This document shows positions 29,572 to 33,734 of a stretch of DNA of 33,734 bases, one piece after another. Every line of letters starts with the position of its first letter. Position 1 is the first letter of the stretch. The translations under genes were made by a program, and so were the position numbers. Source of the stretch: Deltaproteobacteria bacterium (GTDB lineage: Bacteria; Myxococcota_A; Polyangia; Polyangiales; Houyiibacteriaceae); NCBI GenBank assembly GCA_034670305.1, contig JAXMNT010000071.1:1-33734 (forward strand), given 5' to 3'. The notes beneath the pieces were generated by a model. The model saw only the letters and a list, made by a program, of their open reading frames with translations. It was not told the DNA's origin and made no database searches.

Positions 29572-30244
29572 GGGCTACAAGAAGTCCGAGTTCTCTCAAG
29601 CTCAAATCGTTCAGGCCGCGATCCGAGTGCTCGCACGCCAGGGGTATGCGCACACGAGCCTGATGGACATCGCCCGGGAAGCCGGGATGAGCAAAGGGGC
29701 GGTGCACTACCACTACCCCACCAAAGAAGCCCTCATCCAGGAGGTGCTCGAGACTGCCTGCGATGCGGTCCAGAAGCGCACGCTCGCGGCGTGGCCGACC
29801 GGGGATGCGTTTCAAGGACTCCGCAAGTCCCTCGAGACCCTGTGGGCCGTCCGCGCAGAGCGGAGCGACGAAGCGCTCGTCGTGGCGGATCTGATCGCGC
29901 AGGCGCTCTACGACGACAACCTGCGTCCGCGCCTGGCGGACTTCTACCGACTCGCCGCGGCGCAGATCGCCGAACACCTCGGCAAGGAACTAGACGCGGT
30001 CGGCATCCAGCCGAAGATCCCGATGAGCATCCTGCCGCGCCTGGTGATCGGTCTCTTGGACGGCCTCGTGATGCAGGCCTTCGTGGACCCGGATGTGCTC
30101 TCGCCCGAAGATGTCGTGCGCGCGATCGAGACCCTGGCACTCGGTCTGCTCGAACCGAAGCCGCCTGCTCGACAAGCCAGCACTGCACCGGAGAAGCCCG
30201 CAGCGGCAGCACCGGACGACACTTCGCCCGACGGCGTGTCTTGA
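29570..30244 (+). CDS. TetR/AcrR family regulator
   Basis: IVQAAIRVLARQGYAHTSLMDIAREAGMSKGAVHYHYPTKEAL HTH. GTG 29570 preferred over ATG 29528. Confidence 0.93.
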   Translation: MGYKKSEFSQAQIVQAAIRVLARQGYAHTSLMDIAREAGMSKGAVHYHYPTKEALIQEVLETACDAVQKRTLAAWPTGDAFQGLRKSLETLWAVRAERSDEALVVADLIAQALYDDNLRPRLADFYRLAAAQIAEHLGKELDAVGIQPKIPMSILPRLVIGLLDGLVMQAFVDPDVLSPEDVVRAIETLALGLLEPKPPARQASTAPEKPAAAAPDDTSPDGVS

Positions 30245-30262
30245 GCGTGGGGATCGTGCGTC

Positions 30263-31249
30263 ATGCCCGCTGATGTGCACGCGTTCGAGGGCATCGAAGG
30301 ACAGCACACGGCGATCGGTGTGCTCACCCGCGCGCTCGCAGCCAACCGACTGGCCAGCGCGTACCTCTTCGAAGGCCCGAGCGGGGTCGGCAAACAACTG
30401 GCCGCCATCGCACTCGCCAAGGCGGCGATCGGGGAAGCAGCCTGGCGCCGCATCGGCCTCGGCGTGCACCCGGACGTACGCGTCTTCGAACCGCGCGAAG
30501 ACGGTGCGCGGAACATCCGCGTCGAACGATTGCGCGAAGACATCCTGCCGCACGCGGAGTTCGCTCCGTTCGAAGCGCCGCATTCGTTCCTGATCTTTCC
30601 AGAGTGCGATGTCTCCTTCCCGCAGCAACACCAGCAGAGCGCCAACACGCTGCTCAAGACGCTCGAGGAGCCCAAACGCGGCGTGACCTTCCTGCTGCTC
30701 AGTGAGCGACCGGACCGGTTGCTGCCGACCATTCGAAGCCGCTGCCAACAACTGCGGTTCAACCGCCTCGAACCAGATGTCATCGAACGCATCTTGGTCG
30801 CACACGAGGTCCCGCCCGAGCGACGGGGTGCTGCGGCCGCACTCGCAGATGGCCGGGCCGATCGCGCGCTCCTTCTGGCCGAAGAGGGCTACGCCGATGC
30901 GCTTCTGGATCTCGCGCTTCGGGTTGACGAAGCGCTCGGGAGAAACCGCCCCGGCACCCTGATCGAGTTGGCGTCGGAGCTCGCCAAACACGACGACACG
31001 CCGCTCGCCCTCGACACGCTGTGTTTGTTCTACCGCGACGTGGCCGCCGCGGCGCTCGGACGCCCCTCGGAGTCCCTCGCGTTCCGGCACGTCGCCGACC
31101 TCGTGTTCGAGCGGGCCGCCAAGGTCGGCGCGCGGATCGCGAGCGAGCGGGTGGCGGCGGTTCAGCGGGTGTTGCGCGAAGACCTCCCGCACAACGCCAA
31201 CCCCGCCATCGCCATGGACGGACTGCTCTACCAGATGCAGTCGCTGTAG
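30263..31249 (+). CDS. holB: DNA polymerase III delta-prime subunit
   Basis: AYLFEGPSGVGK, HPDV, ANTLLKTLEEP, LLPTIRSRCQ; upstream of metG. Confidence 0.88.
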   Translation: MPADVHAFEGIEGQHTAIGVLTRALAANRLASAYLFEGPSGVGKQLAAIALAKAAIGEAAWRRIGLGVHPDVRVFEPREDGARNIRVERLREDILPHAEFAPFEAPHSFLIFPECDVSFPQQHQQSANTLLKTLEEPKRGVTFLLLSERPDRLLPTIRSRCQQLRFNRLEPDVIERILVAHEVPPERRGAAAALADGRADRALLLAEEGYADALLDLALRVDEALGRNRPGTLIELASELAKHDDTPLALDTLCLFYRDVAAAALGRPSESLAFRHVADLVFERAAKVGARIASERVAAVQRVLREDLPHNANPAIAMDGLLYQMQSL

Positions 31250-31307
31250 CAGGTCGCTGAAAAAGCGACCTGCTCCCTTGCCGTTGCCCTTGCCCGTGCC
31301 CTTGCCC
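31247..31307 (+). repeat. REP-like family A copy 2
   Basis: AGCAGGTCGCT-GAAAA-AGCGACCTGCT perfect 11-bp stem plus CCCTTG tract; starts at the holB TAG. Confidence 0.92.
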
Positions 31308-31423
31308 CCGAGTGGTCATTCGGTCGGTCGCCCCCGACGAACACCAATGCCGGCGCGGGTTCGACCACCCTTGGATAAGTGAAGGCGCATCGTGGACGTC
31401 AGTGACCATGACCGAACCGACAC

Positions 31424-31454
31424 AGGGCAAGGGCAAAGGCAAGGGCAAGGGCAA
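31424..31454 (+). repeat. (GGGCAA)n tract inverted relative to 31275-31307
   Basis: GGGCAAGGGCAAAGGCAAGGGCAAGGGCAAG. Confidence 0.85.
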
Positions 31455-31603
31455 GACGGGCCGCGTCGAATATTCTTGGGGGCACGGCCCCCAAACCCCG
31501 TCCGTGACACGGCTTGCTCGCTTCGCTCGGCTTCGCCGCGTCGGATATCAGCGACTCCTCGCGTGGCGTGCGCTCGGCCGGGTGGTTATACGATCGGCCT
31601 CCC

Positions 31604-33613
31604 ATGCGACCCTTCTACGTCACGACGCCGATCTACTACGTCAACGACGTGCCCCACATCGGGCATGCCTACTCCACCATCGCGAGCGATGTGTTGGCGA
31701 GGTACGCGCGGATGCGCGGGCGGCCGACGCGATTTCTGACCGGGACCGACGAGCACGGTCAGAAGATCGAACAGAAGGCGAGTGAGCTCGGCAAAGCACC
31801 GCAGGCGTTCGTGGACGAGATGTCGCCTCCGTTCCGCGAGGCGTTCGAGCAGCTCGACTGCTCGTTCGACGACTACATTCGAACCACCGAACCCCGGCAC
31901 GAGCAGAAGGTGGCGCAGCTCTGGAACACGCTGCGCGAGAACGGCGACATCTACCTCGGCGAGTACGAGGGCTGGTACTCGGTCTCGGACGAAGCGTTCA
32001 TCACCGAACACGAGATGTCGCTTCTCGACGAGGTGACCAAGAGCAAGGTCCAGAAGGTCAAGGAGTCGAGCTACTTCTTCAAGCTCAGCGCGTACACCGA
32101 CCGACTCCTCGAGTTCTACGAACAGCACCCGACCTTCGTGCAGCCGGAAGGCCGCTTCAACGAAGTGAAAGCGTTCGTGAAGGAAGGTCTGCGCGATCTC
32201 TCGATCTCCCGCACCACGTTCCAGTGGGGCGTGCCCGTACCCGGCGACGACAAGCACGTCATGTACGTGTGGCTCGACGCGCTGACCAACTACATCAGCG
32301 CGCTCGGCGGCCCGGCCGAACCCGGCGAAGCGCCGCTCTTCGATCAGTTCTGGGGCAAGGACGCCGACGTCATCCACATCGTCGGCAAAGACATCCTGCG
32401 TTTCCACGCCATCTACTGGCCGGCGTTTCTCCTCAGCGCCGGCATCGAGCCGCCTGGTCAGGTGTGGGCCCATGGCTGGCTGACCATCAACGGCGAGAAG
32501 ATGAGCAAGCGCCTCGGAAACTTCATCCCGCCTGGACCGCTCGCGGATGCGTTCGGCGTGGACGTCGTCCGGTACTACCTGATGCGCGAGGTCGGCTTCG
32601 GACAGGACGGCGACTTCGCGCACAAGAACGTGCTCGCCCGGTACAACGGGGAGCTGGCGAACGGGCTCGGCAACCTGCTCAACCGGATGGTGACGAGCAT
32701 CGTGAAGCGGAACCTGGGCGGCATCGTGCCGGCTGGAGACGGCGCGATCCTTCCCGAGGACCAGGCGCTCATCGACACCGCCAAGCGCGTCGCCGAGACC
32801 ACCGCGACGCACCTTCAGGCCATCGCACCGCACCGCGCGCTGGACGCGATCTGGGAGCTCGTCGGCGCGGGCAACCGGTACATCGACCAAACCGCGCCGT
32901 GGGCGCTTGCGAAGTCGGGCGACACCGAACGGCTCGGTCAGGTCGCGTACACGGTCCTCGAAACGCTCCGCTGGTTGAGCGTGCTCATCGCGCCGTTCAT
33001 GCCGACCAAATCCGCGGAGCTGCGCGCACAGCTCGGCCTCGAACCCTTGGCGCCGGCCGTTGGTGAGGACCAGTGGCCCGACGCCTGGGGCCAGCTGGCG
33101 GGCGGCACGGTCACCCAGCCCGCCGAAGCGCTCTTCCCCCGGCTCGACAAGAAGGCCGAAGCCGCCCTGCTCGAATCGCTCGGTGTGCACGAAACCACCG
33201 ACGCGCCCGCCAAGAAGAAGCAGGCCAAGAAGTCGAAGTCCAAGCCGACATCCGAGACGAAGAAGGGCCCCGCGGAGAGCAACGGGTTCGCCACGTTCGA
33301 CGACTTCATGAAGGTCGAACTCAAGGTCGGCCTGGTGCTCGAAGCCGAAGCGGTTCCGAAGAGCGACAAGCTGGTCAAACTCGCGATCGATCTCGGCGAA
33401 GACGCGCCCCGTCAGGTGCTCGCAGGCATTCGCAAGCACTACGCGCCGGAACAGCTCGTCGGCAAGCGGGTCGTGGTCGTCGCGAACCTTGCGCCGCGCA
33501 AGATCATGGGACTGGAGAGCCAGGGCATGGTGCTCGCCGCAAGCGACGACGAAAGCGGCCTGAGCGTCCTCGCCCTCGAAAAGCCCATCGCCCCGGGCAC
33601 CCGCGTCAGCTAG
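31604..33613 (+). CDS. metG: Methionine--tRNA ligase with C-terminal tRNA-binding OB domain
   Basis: FYVTTPIYYVN, HIGH, GTDEHG, YVWLDAL, GKDI, KMSK, C-terminal VVVANLAPRKIMGLESQGM. Confidence 0.97.
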   Translation: MRPFYVTTPIYYVNDVPHIGHAYSTIASDVLARYARMRGRPTRFLTGTDEHGQKIEQKASELGKAPQAFVDEMSPPFREAFEQLDCSFDDYIRTTEPRHEQKVAQLWNTLRENGDIYLGEYEGWYSVSDEAFITEHEMSLLDEVTKSKVQKVKESSYFFKLSAYTDRLLEFYEQHPTFVQPEGRFNEVKAFVKEGLRDLSISRTTFQWGVPVPGDDKHVMYVWLDALTNYISALGGPAEPGEAPLFDQFWGKDADVIHIVGKDILRFHAIYWPAFLLSAGIEPPGQVWAHGWLTINGEKMSKRLGNFIPPGPLADAFGVDVVRYYLMREVGFGQDGDFAHKNVLARYNGELANGLGNLLNRMVTSIVKRNLGGIVPAGDGAILPEDQALIDTAKRVAETTATHLQAIAPHRALDAIWELVGAGNRYIDQTAPWALAKSGDTERLGQVAYTVLETLRWLSVLIAPFMPTKSAELRAQLGLEPLAPAVGEDQWPDAWGQLAGGTVTQPAEALFPRLDKKAEAALLESLGVHETTDAPAKKKQAKKSKSKPTSETKKGPAESNGFATFDDFMKVELKVGLVLEAEAVPKSDKLVKLAIDLGEDAPRQVLAGIRKHYAPEQLVGKRVVVVANLAPRKIMGLESQGMVLAASDDESGLSVLALEKPIAPGTRVS

Positions 33614-33670
33614 CAGGTCGCTGAAAAGCGACCTGCTCCCTTGCCGTTGCCCTTGCCCGTGCCCTTGCCC
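33611..33670 (+). repeat. REP-like family A copy 3
   Basis: Identical to 31247-31307 except for one fewer loop A; starts at the metG TAG. Confidence 0.92.
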
Positions 33671-33734
33671 GCGTCGTGGACGCCGTGTGTTTCGCGACGG
33701 CGAGGCGCGAATCGGAGCGCGATGCCCAGCGGAC

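Noticed and set aside
31345-31375. GGTTCGA as a tRNA T-loop
   Set aside because: Flanks do not form a T-stem or cloverleaf, and there is no CCA/acceptor stem.

Overview
High-GC bacterial chromosome segment. Its gene content (Ser/Thr kinase, PEGA/TPR, FG-GAP, VWA and Cys-rich lipoproteins) suggests a myxobacterium, possibly Polyangiales/Sandaracinaceae-like; this is inference. About 24 complete genes are supported. Housekeeping genes are xerD, sucC, sucD, efp, epmA, malQ, mazG, holB and metG. They are interleaved with envelope and secreted proteins: an integrin-beta-like VWA lipoprotein, an FG-GAP lipoprotein, a CAP protein, a frameshifted PLAT-PhoD phosphatase and a di-heme peroxidase-OmpA fusion. 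The window opens with the 3' end of an IS110-family recombinase, missed by the ORF track, whose right end abuts a REP-like repeat. The most striking non-coding signal is a modular intergenic repeat system at gene 3' ends: two hairpin families that begin exactly at TAG stop codons, (GGGCAA)n G-tract modules and long (NCCGAN)n hexamer tracts. Several genes look leaderless. No rRNA, tRNA or CRISPR array was seen.
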